A stretch of 64,000 bases of DNA from Octopus bimaculoides (Eukaryota): the NCBI RefSeq assembly GCF_001194135.2, contig NC_068989.1, forward strand, positions 10,688,358-10,752,357, in the 5' to 3' direction. Each line of letters starts with the position of its first letter. Within the stretch, counting starts at the first letter, position 1. The notes below the pieces were generated by a model. The model saw only the letters and a list, made by a program, of their open reading frames with translations, was not told the DNA's origin and ran no database searches. Made by a program: the position numbers and the translations under genes. Of this stretch, positions 25,254-40,187 are shown one piece after another.

Positions 25254-28200
25254 CTGAAATGATAATGAAAAGAAAAAAAAGTTAAGCGTTATCATAGATT
25301 CATAGATTCAATGAAAACGGAAGTAAGGATAGCCCATATTTAGACAGATAGCATAAAAGACATACCCCAATTTCAGCTGTGCATTTCGGGGAAAAAGGTT
25401 TTAGTGCATTGAAGCATGTAGTATCGTATCAACCTCAAATATAGGACACGCGATGACATTTTAAGATTTTCTTTTTGGTAAAATATTACATCATATATGT
25501 CATCAAATACGGTACTAAATAGATTCCATGTAACTGTATTGATTTTTCTTCTCTTGGCATAAGATCCTATTGTCTTTGGAGGATACTAATATTGTTGACT
25601 AAATCGATCTTATATTAATTATAGCAAACACATAATGAAATAGCTACCATCTTCATATTTAAAGATATGTGCATATGGATTAGACTGTCATTTTCAGTTA
25701 AATCAACAAGAGAACTGAATAGTACTTACCAACAAAACATTCGTCTGATTTCCAGTGTTGCCACTACCTACTATGGTAAGCTATATCAACATGTGTTATC
25801 TGTTTAAAACTACGTGAACTGAAACTTTGAATGCTAAGTATCTTGGCTGTGGAGAGAGTACAATACGAATGACAAAATACCAATCGTTGGTCATTCAGTA
25901 TGTTGTCTTGTACTTTACTCACTCTTTTGCAACTCTCAATATGTTACTACTATTGTTTCATTAGCCCATCTGCGTTGAACACAAATTGGCCAGGTAAAGA
26001 TTTATACTAGGATGCTAGAAGGAATAAAATACCGGATTGATAGACGATGAACAAGTAAACTAATTGTAGGAAACGACTAGGATATATTTGTGCGCTTCAA
26101 CAGAAGCAAAACGAAACAGCTTTTTGTTTCATATGAAATATATATTCCCTACTCATTCATTTTATGATTACATTAATAGTAGTGCCGTATTTTTAGCGCA
26201 TTTGTAATGATACGGTTAGTTCCGAAATCAGCCTTCTGCGCTTATGAAAAATTCCTCATTCTCGAGTTATTCCGGCCTAAACTGGTTAGCCAGCCCACAT
26301 TGTGATACACACAGACAGGAAGGTGCATTAGGATACTGAGTGTTCAGTATTTCCTAAGACAACTTATTGCTGGCGATAGCAAGCTTCACTGTCTTGAGCC
26401 GTTTCCACTACTCTAAAATAAACAGGTTGTACATCTGTTAAGATTTGTTGAAGAGTCATGAGGTCACTGTATCTCACTAACAACGATTTTTTACGATCGC
26501 CTTAAAGTCCTCAGATTGAGTACTCTTTTTATGCTAAAATTAGTAATGATATTTGCTTGAGAAGCTAGTTTACTAAGAACCTTTTTAAAACCACACCTAG
26601 TTTGAAGTAAATCTAATTTCCAAAATTTGAGTGGTCCTTTTAATTTTCGAATATACATCTACAGTCAGTAAGAAATCTTTTAAATAATAAATAAAATCCG
26701 AATTTAGTGTCACGCCAGACAGATTATTATTAGAAAATTATTGTTTCACTTAACAATCTTAGTCTACAATCAAGAACATGAAAATGTTTCTCATCGTTTA
26801 GTTTCAAATATGTAATGATCCAGATTATTTCCAAATAAGTCAGAGACCGGACACCTAATTTCAAGTATTACTATATCCTATAACTAAAATTATTTCTAAG
26901 GGTGTTAGTTGGTGTGGAAAAAAAAATAGGGTTTTAATAACAAAATAATTTACATTAATATTTCTCTTTACGTTATGCGAAGTAAAATGTTATATATACC
27001 TCAAATCTTTTCACAAATTTAGTCCGTCGAATCTCGCTATGTTCCCACTCAGGTGATATACAGAGGGCGAGTTTCTAAAAATAAAAATTATAATAATGAT
27101 TAATTCATTGCCACAAAGTCACACATTATTCAGAAGTTTATTAGCTCATTGAATATATCACAATGTTTTCTGTTAACTTATTATATTAGTCATGGAATAA
27201 CAGTAAAGTCGGATTTGAACTCAGAAAGTACAGGATAAAATTATATATTTTGAGTATATTTAAACCGGTGTTCTATCATTTTGTAAACCCACTATCATAA
27301 TGGTTGGTTCAGGAAGCGTCCACTTAATTTAATCAACTCAGGTACACGTCAAGAAAACAGGCGAAAAATATGAAGGACAAAGTCGACGCTGGTGAATTTC
27401 GAACTCAAAAGGTAAGAACACGAAACTGAATATCGTCACTCTATCCTTTCTGTCATCTAATGCCCTGATAATAATTATCTTATATATAGTCACAATGCTA
27501 GAAAATTGAGAAAGGTTAGTCGATTAAACCAACAGTAGTACTTGACTGATACTTTATTTTATCGACTCCAGAAGGATAGAAGACAAAGTTGACATCGGCT
27601 CAGAAACTGTGACTAAAACGTACAGAACCGGATGAAATACCACAAGGTATTTCGTTCGGCACTCTAACCACCTTACAAGAATCAACCCGAGTACTAAATT
27701 GGCACATTATCATCTCAAAAAGGACGAACAACACCGTCGACCTCAGTAGTGTTTGAATTCGAGGAACTGAAAGTCTAAACGAGTACTTTCAAAGCTTTCA
27801 ATCAAATGCTCTAACGATTCTGATAATTTGACAGTTTTAATATCCTAATAGTATTGTTAAGCATGTGTCAGCATCATTATGGGAACAGTTACATGTGTAC
27901 GATAATCAGAGACATATTTGTCCAGGCAGACAAATTAAAACAAGCTCTTTCAGGTCATAGAAGTCAAAACATAAAAAGCCTTTCAAGTCATACAATTTTA
28001 TATATATATAAAGTCCAAAAATAGCTCCGCAGCACTCAAAATCTATACACGTTTAGTTTAATAGCACAATGCACATAACACACTTCAGGCATAATCTTTT
28101 CACGGTAATATGACACAGCAAAACAGAACTTATTCTGTATAACACACTAACCTCCTTCCCTACCTCATCTCCAAAATATCAGAATATTTGGTCGCTGCAA

Positions 28201-31200
28201 ATCTTTCTCGGTGCATTATTAATATCAGTTTATTAATCCCGACATGTTGTAATATAAAATCGACCATAAGATTTATAGGTGAAGTGAAGAGGGATTGAAA
28301 TAGAATAAACACAACGAAGGCCGTGAAAGTGTGTAGGCTAATGAAGGTTTACCTTGGTAGAAATCAGGATATGCTGTCCTCTGGTGAACAAAACGAAACA
28401 CTATTTTCTCCATGACATGATTCGAACATCAAATTAGATGTAATATATCCTTTCTCCTATAGACGCAAGGCCTGAAATTTTGGGGGAGAGAACTAGTCGG
28501 TTTCATTCAACCCTCGACCTCGGCGCACTTTGAACTGAGAACGTAAAGACGGGAGAAAAGCTGCTAAAACTTTTACCCGGCGTGCTAACGGTTCTGCTAG
28601 CTCACCGCCTTAGTTAGATGTGATAAATAAATACTTTTCCAATGATGAATCTTGTAACAAATACCACAGAACATACAGATCAGTTGCATCTCATTAAAAA
28701 AGTTAACATTGCAGACAATATGCTTATCAATAAAATAGCATCAACATTAATAACATTCACACATACGCACATACTTTGTAAAACTATATTATATTCGTTT
28801 TCATTGGGAGAGGTAGGAGATAGATACAGGATGATATACACCATCTTTGAAACTGAGAAGGTGAAAGAACAAGCCCAAATAGTACGAGACACGGCTGCCC
28901 ATAAACTGGTCACACTCGAAAGACGAGTGTCACTGTCACTGCATCTACTCTTGACTCGTAACTACTTTCGCGATGCAATATGCGCAGGAAGTCAGGTTCG
29001 ACGTATCGTTCGATATGAAGCCACCATGGGCATACATGCAGGTCCTTACGCCCTCAAGAAATCACAAAAAAATGTTTGCACAAGACGAGTTTTGTACTAT
29101 GGTAGATACTGAGAAGAAAGACAGTTCTAATCACAAGTAGGCAGAAAGTCCAGCTGCTACACATGTGCCAATAAAAGTCATTTACATATTTCTGTCCATA
29201 GGGTTTGAAAGGAGGAAATCCACAGTAGCAAATCACGGAAGTTGTTGCTCGTAAGGAGGCTTCGGTCGCAACTCTGGAAACTTTGGAGTGAACCGCTTTG
29301 TCTTCATTTTCAGGAATCAATCAAGAAATTATCCCTCCTCTCCTCCCCAGTCACAATCGGTTGTTGACGCACAGGTAAGAAGTTTTACCAGTTTCTGAGG
29401 GCGATGCGAGTTTTTTTTACCATTCTCAGAGTTTCAGCCAGTGGTGCTGTTGAAACAAGAACATTCGGAGCCTATTGATAATGATGGTACTGTCTGCCTC
29501 TCAGTCTGTCTGTCTGTTTCTCTCTCTCTCTCTCTAGTTTTTCTGGAAAACAAACTCTCCACTTGCTCTTACTGTTACACATATAGCATTAACTTTGCTT
29601 TCGTACCCCTGATAGAGCAAAGCTCCAGAATCGTTCTGTTTGTCTTAAGCCATTAGGACTTCTATGTCTATACTGAGCTTTCAAGACTACATATATTTTT
29701 ATTTTGTCATCTCTTCAGTTACTATCACCCATAATGGACTACAATGATGACAATGAGCTCAGTAAAAATTTAATTAAAACAAGTAAAAAAACAAGAAAGA
29801 AAAATAGCGTAAGATATAGAAATGAAACTCACCTCTTTAAATGTCCCTTCATATTTGGTCATTTGATAAATTGCCATAGCTGGGATGAATGCCATCGATG
29901 CTCCTGCGATTAGCCAACCGATAACATTAGCATGGAGAGGGTAGATGTAATGGTGTTTGGAGCTTATATATTCCAACGGTTCGTAGGTTACCACACTCGA
30001 TATAACAATGATCTGTTAAAAGATAAAATAATACCTGCATGTATATACACACTCATACAAATACACATATGCACACACAAACGCGCGTCGCGTATTCTTT
30101 TGTGCTTGCAGAGCTTGTTTTGCGGGGTTGGCAATGCTTGATGAAGTACTGAAGTTTAAGAAGTGAACATGGAGAGGTTGTAAAGCATAAAAAAGGTTAT
30201 GTACTTTACAAAGGTATAGAGTAACCCATCAGATTAATGAAATATTGTTTTTAACTGAACATAAAAACAGAGTCGAAGAAGAAGAGATCAAACTGGTTGT
30301 TGGCACTCCGTCGCTTACGACGTCGAGGGTTCCAGTTGATCCGATCAACGGAACAGCCTGCTCGTGAAATTAACGTGCAAGTGGCTGAGCACTCCACAGA
30401 CATGTGTATCCTTAACGTAGTTCTCGGGGATATTCAGCGTGACACAGTGTGACAAGGCTGACCCTTTGAATTACAGGCACAACAGAAACAGGAAGTAAGA
30501 GTGAGAGAAAATTGTGGTGAAAGAGTACAGCAGGGTTCACCACCATCCCCTGCCGGAGCCTCGTGGAACTTTAGGTGTTTTCGCTCAATAAACACTCACA
30601 ACGCCCGGTCTGGGAATCGAAACCGCGATCCTATGACCGCGAGTCCGCTGCCCTAACCACTGGGCCATTGCGCCTCCACAGATCTAACTGGAGAGAAGCA
30701 GAAAAGGCAGACCACTGTCAGAAATAGTAGAGAAAAGTCGTCGATGGTTTATACTCCATAGTGAGCGAGGGGCCTAAGTAAGTGCCTTGTATGTATGTAT
30801 GTATGTATGTATGTATGTATGTATGTATGTATGTATGTATGTATGTATGTATATATGTGTGTATATGTGTGTGTATGTGTATATATGTATTTATGTATGT
30901 ATGTATACCAGAGTTAGGAGGAATGGAGATACCTTGCAGTATTAATGTCGAGTAAATGATCTCCCTTTATGTCTATGCCCCGTTTGCATTACCGTATTTT
31001 ACCAGAACGATGAAATAAATAACAAGTTAAAAGTATTGTTATCAAATGCAATTGCCCCACCATGGCAGCAGCACAATGGCTGAAACCAGTAACACAAGAA
31101 CAGAAGGAAAATAATTCAAGTTAATAGCTTTTAACTATACTAAACATTCGTGAGATAACTTGGAATATTATGAGTTTGGTTTCGTATTTCTTTTGTCAGT

Positions 31201-33595
31201 TTATGATTTTTTGAGAACGATGAAAATGCCTGTAGATATTTGCTTTATATTAATAAATCTACAAGGTCAAACGATAAATATTAAACACAATAATGCTGAT
31301 ACAAAACTTGTTCGGTTTTTACTTTGTTTTCTTCAGACTGTATAAATATATACTTTATTCCATATATAACGAAACCAGTGTTCTCATGACACGTGACTTG
31401 CAAAAATGTGCACATGAATATACAAATATTTTCTTTTCTAATGGATCTGCAAATTTTATGCGACTACGCAAGAATGATCACACAAAGTAACTTTTTAGAT
31501 TTTATCGTTTATTCGAGTTTTTCAAGTTGTATATATATAGAAACTGTATTATATCAAAAATTAAACCTGCAACAATTATGAAAAAAACCCAAAAAAAACT
31601 TAGTGATACTGCAAGTGCATGGAAGCATATGAAATCAGGTATGAATTGAAGCTTAAAATAGTATGACCCGAGGAATATGCAAAGAGAACAGTAACAATAA
31701 AATAAATAATATTTAATGTCTCTCAAGGCGGCGAGCTGGCAGAATCATTAGCACGCCGGGCGAAATGTTTAGCCGTATTTCGTCTTCCTTTAAGTTCTGA
31801 GTTCAAATTCCACCGTGGTCGACTTTTCTTTTATCCTTTCGGGGTCGATAAATTAAGTACCAGTTGCGTACTGGAGTCGAGCTAATCGACTGGCCCCCTT
31901 CCCCAAAATTTCGGGCTTTATACCTAGAGTAGATAAGAATATTTTATGCATGTCCAAACGCTAAATCACGGGAGGACTTCGGGTTGAAGCAGTATTTTAA
32001 CTTTAGATTAGTCAATAAAGTATTCTGGTAGACCATCCACCGGCTTCATAACAAGAAGATTTCTTCTACAGCTGTCATTAAGAGCTCGTCTGAGGTTCCT
32101 TTGTCTGCAAAGGAGAGCATCTTTGTGACGTGGAGAGAATATTTTGCTGTTCTCCTAAATTCAGTCACAATAAAATCTGGTGGATAAGAGATGCATCTAA
32201 GGGTAAAGACTAACTCATAGAAGATGAAGTCATAGATGCGATTAAAACATTGAAATAAAGTAAGGCCGCTGGAGAGAATGAAATTCGGCCTGAGAATGTT
32301 AAGAACTTTAAATGGTCTCTATGCCAGGTAGCTTGGGCCTCTGGAAATACATAAAAGCAATGACAATCCGCAATGGCAATTCCAGGTTTTAAAAACAGAG
32401 ATAAGGGAGAATGCTCTAATTAATTACGGAGGGATATCTTTGTTGAGTTCCCTACTCCGCCTCGTAAAGTGGTGTAGGGAAATTGCCGAGTAAGGACGAG
32501 AAAGTTGATGACGCTGCATGGGGCGCTACATCCTAAAGCAAACTTAAATAGACTGTATATGAAGAGAAAGAATGGTGACAGAGGACTAATTAGTATAGAC
32601 CATTGTATAAGGAGTGAAATGAGAACGCTTGCCGAGTATTTGATAAATAGTAATGAAGACCTGCTGAAATATGGTGTGAAAGATGTGGGTGTAAATGCAG
32701 ATGAAATGATGGGCAAGGAAGAGTTTAACGAAAGAGCTGAGGAGAAGAGAAAAGAAGACCTTGAAATGAGAATGCATGGACAGTTTGAATGTAATACACA
32801 GGACGTTAAGAATACAGCATCGTGGGCATGGCTTGAGCGAGGTGATTTGAAGCGTACCACCGAAAGCCTGATCATTGCTGCACCAGACCGGGCTCTCGCT
32901 ACCAATTCAGTGAAGTATAACTTCTATAAAACCTCTGACACCCAGAAATGCAGACTCTGTGGAAAGAATGTGGAAAATGTGACCCACTTGGTAAATGGAT
33001 GTGAGAGTCTTGCACGAGAAGAATACAAGAGCCGCCACGATAAAGTATGGGTGTATCTTCATTGGCTCTTATGCTGTAAATACCAATATGAAGTAACAGA
33101 GATCTGGTATGAGCATGTACCAAATAAAGTTAAGCAGGAGGATGGAAAAGTAACGATACTCTGGGACTGTAATTTTCAGACGGATCGTGTAATCGAACAC
33201 CGTCGGCCGGATATTGTCATATTGAATAAGAAAGACAAATACTGTCAGATCATTGATGTAGCCACACCAAATGACATGAATGTTGTGAGTAAAGAGGTTG
33301 AAAAAATCACCAAGTACTCCGAATTGAAAGTGGAAATGGCAAGACTGCATGGAATGCGAGAGGGTAATGTAAAAGTGATACCAGTGGTGATCGGAACTTT
33401 GGGCTCAATACAGTTGAAACTTCAAAACTTCTTAAGGCAACTGGAAATCCCATGCAAGATTGATATCTTGCAAAAAGCAACCTTATTGGGCACAGCGCAC
33501 ATCTTAAGGAAAATATTATCTGTCTGAAGTCTTTGTTGTGACTTGACAGATGACTAAAGACTCCGGTGCATTTCTACCTACACTGTGTTACGAAG

Positions 33596-33655
<60 letters not shown>

Positions 33656-34133
33656 CAACAACAACAACAATGCGATAAAGGAATGCAAAGAAAAGACCGA
33701 TTTCTCTGTGTATGAGCAAGCATAGAAATATTAACTAGAATCCAGCTAAAAAGAAGCTTTATATGAAAGTAAAACATACCAGTGCTTAAACATTTAGATA
33801 TAGCTAAAACACACCCCACTGAGGTACCTCCCACATCCCACGCAATACTTATTTTCACAACTCAATGCAACACATACTCTATACAATCTTCAAACAATAA
33901 AGCACAGACGCCTATCGTTATGGTACAATCCGCACCCAGCCAACAATTAATACAACACCTTCTACACAATTGTCATATACTCATAATACAACTTGCACAT
34001 CGCATACTCTATACATTACACAATCTACACAACGAAACACCAAAATAACTCCTGAAACAGAAAAGCAAACCGTTCGACCATGTACGACAATGTTAAACAT
34101 ATGAAACCCCAATTCTATTCACGAAACTATTGG

Positions 34134-34192
<59 letters not shown>

Positions 34193-34413
34193 GAAGAAGA
34201 AGAAGAAGAAGCTTTTCTACTCTAGGCACAAGGCCCCGAAATTTTGGGGGATTAGATCGACTCCAGTATGTAACTGGTACTTAATTTATCAACCCAGAAA
34301 TGACGAAAGGCAAAGTCGACCTCGGCGGAATTTGAACTCAGAACGTAAAGGCAGACGAAATACCGCTAAGCATTTCGCCTGACGTGCTAACGATTCTGCT
34401 AGCTCACCGCCTT

Positions 34414-34491
<78 letters not shown>

Positions 34492-37400
34492 TAACAACAA
34501 CAACAAACCCAGACCGTAGAGATGTATAATAGTGTATACATAACAAAAACACCAGGACTTACAAATATATATAACATACAGAAAATTGCACTACTGGGTA
34601 CTGCACACATTCTACGCAAAACACTTTCAATACAGTAAACATAAGAGCACCACAGCAAACCACAGCACATACCCAAGGCGCACAGAGCTGCGCTCGGTAG
34701 TGAAGTGAAAGCACGTTATAAAAATAAAACTACTGAACAATAATTTCAAATTTTTGCCATAAAGGTAGCTTGGGGGAGGTGGGGATTAGACTATTACATC
34801 GACCCCAGTGTTTAACTGGTACTTATTTTATCGACCCCAGAAGGCTGAAAGGCAAAGTCGACCTCGGCGAAATTTGAACTCAGAACGTAGTGACGGACGA
34901 AACGTATATATTTCAGGGGAAATATTCCTGATATGGAAGTAAACATAGATCGCGATAGATTAGCTAACCTAAGAAGACTTTCTCAAAACATGAAACAGAG
35001 AAATAGAACACTTAAAAGAAAGAGGAAATAATAAAAAAGAGAAAACGAACGAAGTAAAAACGCAACAAAGACGCAAACAACTATGATTCATACAGTAAAA
35101 GCAAAACCAAGGAAAAGTAGGAAGATAAAAAAAAGATTTGATAATATAACATTCTAAATGTGAAAATTATGAAAATGATAATAGTCTGTACATGGAAATA
35201 AACAATTAAAATCGATATAATGTATTGTTATGGGCGTAAGAAATACCGCCCCCCACCCCCACACACATACCGAAGGATAAAGCTTATTTATAAAATAGTA
35301 GCAACAATAAAAAACCCAGGTCAAACCATAGTAAAAATAATAGCAACAGGCATAAACTAAAACGGACCAAATATTTTGTTGTGTTCGGAGGGTCATTTTG
35401 TTAGTATTAAACGTACGCACTAGTTTTATTTCACTTCTCTTTATTATTAATAGTCAAACAGTTTGTCATTTACCCATTTAACTAATCGATTGCTTGGTTT
35501 ATTACTCGCTCAGTCGAGCAAACAATCAGCCAGGTTCGTCAGTATTCTTTCGAAGGAAAACTGAAGTATAGGGGCATGTTATTGATGAGGTCATGAATGG
35601 TGACGAAAGACTGATGAATCTAGTTGATTGACCGAACGAGTAATCATACAATCGATAAGTTAATTGGTTAAATGATTAAAATAAATAATAAATAAACGCA
35701 CCCTTTTAAAGCCTAGCCAGGCTCATGGGCCCGGTTTCCCATTTCAGTGGCGTATGTGTTCCCCAGCTGGACGGGACGCCAGTCCATCGCAGCGTTACCC
35801 ATTTTTGCCGGCTGAGTGAACTGGAGCAACGTGAAATGAGGTGTTTTGCTCAAGAACACAACGCGTCGCACGGTCCAGGAATCGAAACCACAATTTTGCG
35901 ATCATGATGCTGACACCCTAACCACTAAGCCACGCGCCTCCACCAAATGATTAGCTTGTTGAGTAATAATCTTTTCTACTCTAAGCACAAGGCCCGAAAT
36001 TTTTGGGGAGGGGGCCAGTCGATTAAATCGACTCCAGTACGCAACTGGTACTTAATTTATCGACCCGGAAAGGATGAAAGGCGAAGTCGACCTTAGCGGA
36101 ATTTGAACTCAGAACATAAAGACAGACGAAATACTGCTAACTAGTTGAATAATAATAACAAAAGAAATGAAACAGAACCAATGCGTCTGTTTATTATTGG
36201 CCTAATGACCTTCCTGAGATACAACAAAATCTGTTTCAATACACAAGTTCACATCAAGAACCTTGCAAGCCAAGTACAAAAACAAAGTAAATCAATATAT
36301 CTAGAAACAACAGTAGCTAGAAAGGCAAGAGGGAATTCCCTGAGATCATCTCATGTGGGAATATAAAATTACATGCAAGTAACGTGGTAAACAAGCATGC
36401 AGGAAGAGATGGGAAATAAAAGGAAAAAAAATATCTCAGTCGTTGAAAAGAAAAACAAAAATGGAGAGACAGTTGCTACGGAAATATAAATAGGAAAAAG
36501 AATAAAAAAGAAGACGCAGCCGAAAGGAAAGAACACTTGAAACGAAAGATCTTGCTGAACAACAATAAATCTGTCGATATGAAAAGCGACAGCGAATATT
36601 CGAACACAACAAACACTTCGACTTCAAAACAATTTCAGGAATAAATAGGTTAAAAATATATCAGTAATCAATGCATCATCAAGAAAAAGTGATGCATAAA
36701 TATAGAATTTAGAGAAATTTTACGGGAAAAAAATGTTCAAAACAACGAACAGCTGCGCAAGACCGAAACAACTAAAGAATCTCAATTCAGACGCCATTAA
36801 AAAACGAACAACTTAGGGCATCTGGAAATGATATAATCCAATACTTCTACTTCATTTGTTTAATAGACATGCTGAAATGATGGTAAACATATTCAACAAC
36901 GCATTGACGTAAGTAGAAAAACAACTGAATGGCATACAAAGAGAAAACAATCAATTAACAATTAGTGGAAGACAGTAGAAAGAGAGAGTACAGTTTAAAT
37001 ATTGGTTTTGAGTTTTGACACTAGGCCAGCAAGTTTAGGGGAGTTATGTGAGTCGATTACATCGACCACAGTGCTCAACTGGTACTTATTTTATCGACTC
37101 TGAAAGGATAAAAGGCGAAGTGGACTCCAGTGGAATTTGAACTCAGAACGTGAAGCCGGACGAAATGCCGCTAGACATTTTTCCCGGCGTGCTAACGATT
37201 CTTTTCTACTCCAGGCATAAGGCCCGAAATTTTTGGGGAGAGGGTCAATCGATTAGATCGACGCCAATACGCAACTGGTACTTAATTTATCGACCCCGAA
37301 AGGATGAAAGACAAAGTCGACCTCGGCAGAGTTTGAACTCAGAACGTAACAGCATTTCACCCGGCATGCTAACGATTCTTTTCTACTCTAGGCACAAGGC

Positions 37401-39176
37401 CCGAAATTTTGGGGGACGGGGCCAGTCGATTAGATCGACCTCAGTATGCAACTGGTACTTATTTTATCGACCCTGAAAGGCAAAGTCGACCTCGGCGGAA
37501 TTTGAATTCAGAACGTAAAGGCAGGCGAAATACCGCTAAGCATTTCGCCCGCGAAGTCGATCTCGGTGTTTCAGAGGTACAGCCCCCTAAAAATCCCCCG
37601 CGTATTATATTCAAGGGCGGACTATACTCTAGGATTTACGGTATGCACGACACATATTACATAGATCGCTTTCAATACAATAGAAAAACGCAAAAACACA
37701 AAACCTTTTGAAACCATTGCAGATATTCTAGGCAAGCGGAGCTGCTCCTAATTGTGCAAGAAAAACACACTATTAAAATAAGATTCCTGTAAAGAAAGAA
37801 ACAACAACCCAAAAGGTAATAACAATACCATTAGAAGAACTGGAGTAACGAACTTCCAGCAAATCCTCCAGTAGAAACCGGGACGGAAACCAAGCATCGT
37901 TTCGATATCATCACATAGTTGTCTGACACCTGGAAAGGAAGAATAGGAAGAATAATTAATCAATAGAGGACAATAAACTAGTCGATGATAATGGTATGGA
38001 GACAGCAATATATATTGTAAATAAAAGAAATCTATGTAAGATCTTTAAGAATGCACTTTTAAAATGCAATAAAACGAACCCGATCTTTGCATTTATACTT
38101 TAAATCTTTCTTTCTTTCTCTTTTTTTCTCTTTAAATGCTTAACTGACAAATTTGATGTATATCCTATTTAATCAGTTTCTAGGCATATTTCCAATGAAT
38201 TGATTATCTTCATGCATTTGTGTGTATACATGTGTATGTGTGTGTGTGTGTTTGTGTGTGTGATATGGAAAGCAATTGTATTCTAGCTTAATTTTTCAAA
38301 TCAATTTTTCCCCATATCTTCTGGCGAGTTCCTTGTAGTTTATTGGAACAATAAAGTTTCCATAACCATATTTAACAAAATATCTTTAAAGTTGTGCCTT
38401 CTTGCTTTTAGACAACATGGACACAGTCTGAATTGAGCCAAAGAGCAAGCCCCTTCATGAGCACTCGACCTGATAGAAATAGTTACCGAATTTCTTTCAT
38501 TCTGGTTGTGCGCACCTGAGATCACATTCGATAATACACACGGGTGTACATGGCCAGAAAAAAAAGATGGTATAGAGACGGAATTGATATTCGATGAGAA
38601 CCGTCCTATGGCTAAACAATAAGTACACAAACAACACCGGCTTTAATTCTATCAAAACGTTAGTACTTTAGCTACCCTGTGAGTTTATCCTTATTTAAGG
38701 GTTATAAAGTTTTGAAATACCAAAAGAGAGTAATTCCAATCTTTTAACACCGTCACTAGTAGCGACTGGTGATTGTCTATATCTCTTTAACTGAAATCAT
38801 TAATTTTTGTCTAATAATAAAGATAATCATATGTGTCTATCATGTAAATTACACATAGGAGTACTGCTGCACTCAGCCATAATAAATTCACTTGAACCGA
38901 CTGGTCTATATAACTACAAATGATGGCCTATACTTGTATATACAGTAATGTTAGAGCGTGGCGTGTGATCTACACTTCAGCGTCAGAGCTACACAACTCT
39001 CAGTTATAGTGAAAAAAAAAAATCTTCACTAATATTGAAACAATAATTTGTAGCACAAATTTTAATGTTGCGGTTATTTAATATTTATGTAATTTTTTTA
39101 TCATATTACTGTTTTCATAAACGCAAACATTGAATGTGGCCTGTCTTGCTTAATATTATCTCGACAGGTAAATGTC

Positions 39177-39226
<50 letters not shown>

Positions 39227-39616
39227 ATTATTCAGTAGTTTTATTTTTATAACGTGCTTTCACTTCACTACCGAGTCCAGCTCTGCGTGTCTTGGGTATG
39301 TGCTGTGGTTTGCTGTGATGCTCTTATGATTACTGTATTGAAAGTGTTTTGTGTAGGATGTGTGCAGTGCCCAGTAGTGCAATTTTCTGTATGTTATATA
39401 TACTTGTAAGCCCTGGTGTTTTTGTCATGTATTTGTCTGAATATTTTTTTTATTATACCTAAGGCGCCTACTATGATAGGAATTGTTTCTGTTTTTAGAT
39501 TCCACATTCGAGTTACCTCTATTTCCAGGTCTTTGTATTTTGAAAGTTTCTCCATTTCTTTTAGAGAAACGTTGTCATCTGCTGGTATTGATACATCAAT
39601 TAGAAAGATTTTTTTC

Positions 39617-39664
<48 letters not shown>

Positions 39665-40130
39665 NNNNNNNNNNNNNNNNNNNNNNNNNNNNNNNNNNNN
39701 NNNNNNNNNNNNNNNNNNNNNNNNNNNNNNNNNNNNNNNNNNNNNNNNNNNNNNNNNNNNNNNNNNNNNNNNNNNNNNNNNNNNNNNNNNNNNNNNNNNN
39801 NNNNNNNNNNNNNNNNNNNNNNNNNNNNNNNNNNNNNNNNNNNNNNNNNNNNNNNNNNNNNNNNNNNNNNNNNNNNNNNNNNNNNNNNNNNNNNNNNNNN
39901 NNNNNNNNNNNNNNNNNNNNNNNNNNNNNNNNNNNNNNNNNNNNNNNNNNNNNNNNNNNNNNNNNNNNNNNNNNNNNNNNNNNNNNNNNNNNNNNNNNNN
40001 NNNNNNNNNNNNNNNNNNNNNNNNNNNNNNNNNNNNNNNNNNNNNNNNNNNNNNNNNNNNNNNNNNNNNNNNNNNNNNNNNNNNNNNNNNNNNNNNNNNN
40101 NNNNNNNNNNNNNNNNNNNNNNNNNNNNNN

Positions 40131-40187
<57 letters not shown>

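Noticed and set aside
28642-29320. 156-aa plus ORF and 88-aa minus ORF
   Set aside because: No recognisable domain or splice support; a weak hint of a decayed LINE zinc-knuckle region on the minus strand is too degraded to call.
37005-37552. Regularly spaced repeats resembling a CRISPR array
   Set aside because: Units are ~180-nt SINE copies without unique spacers; eukaryotic context, no cas genes.
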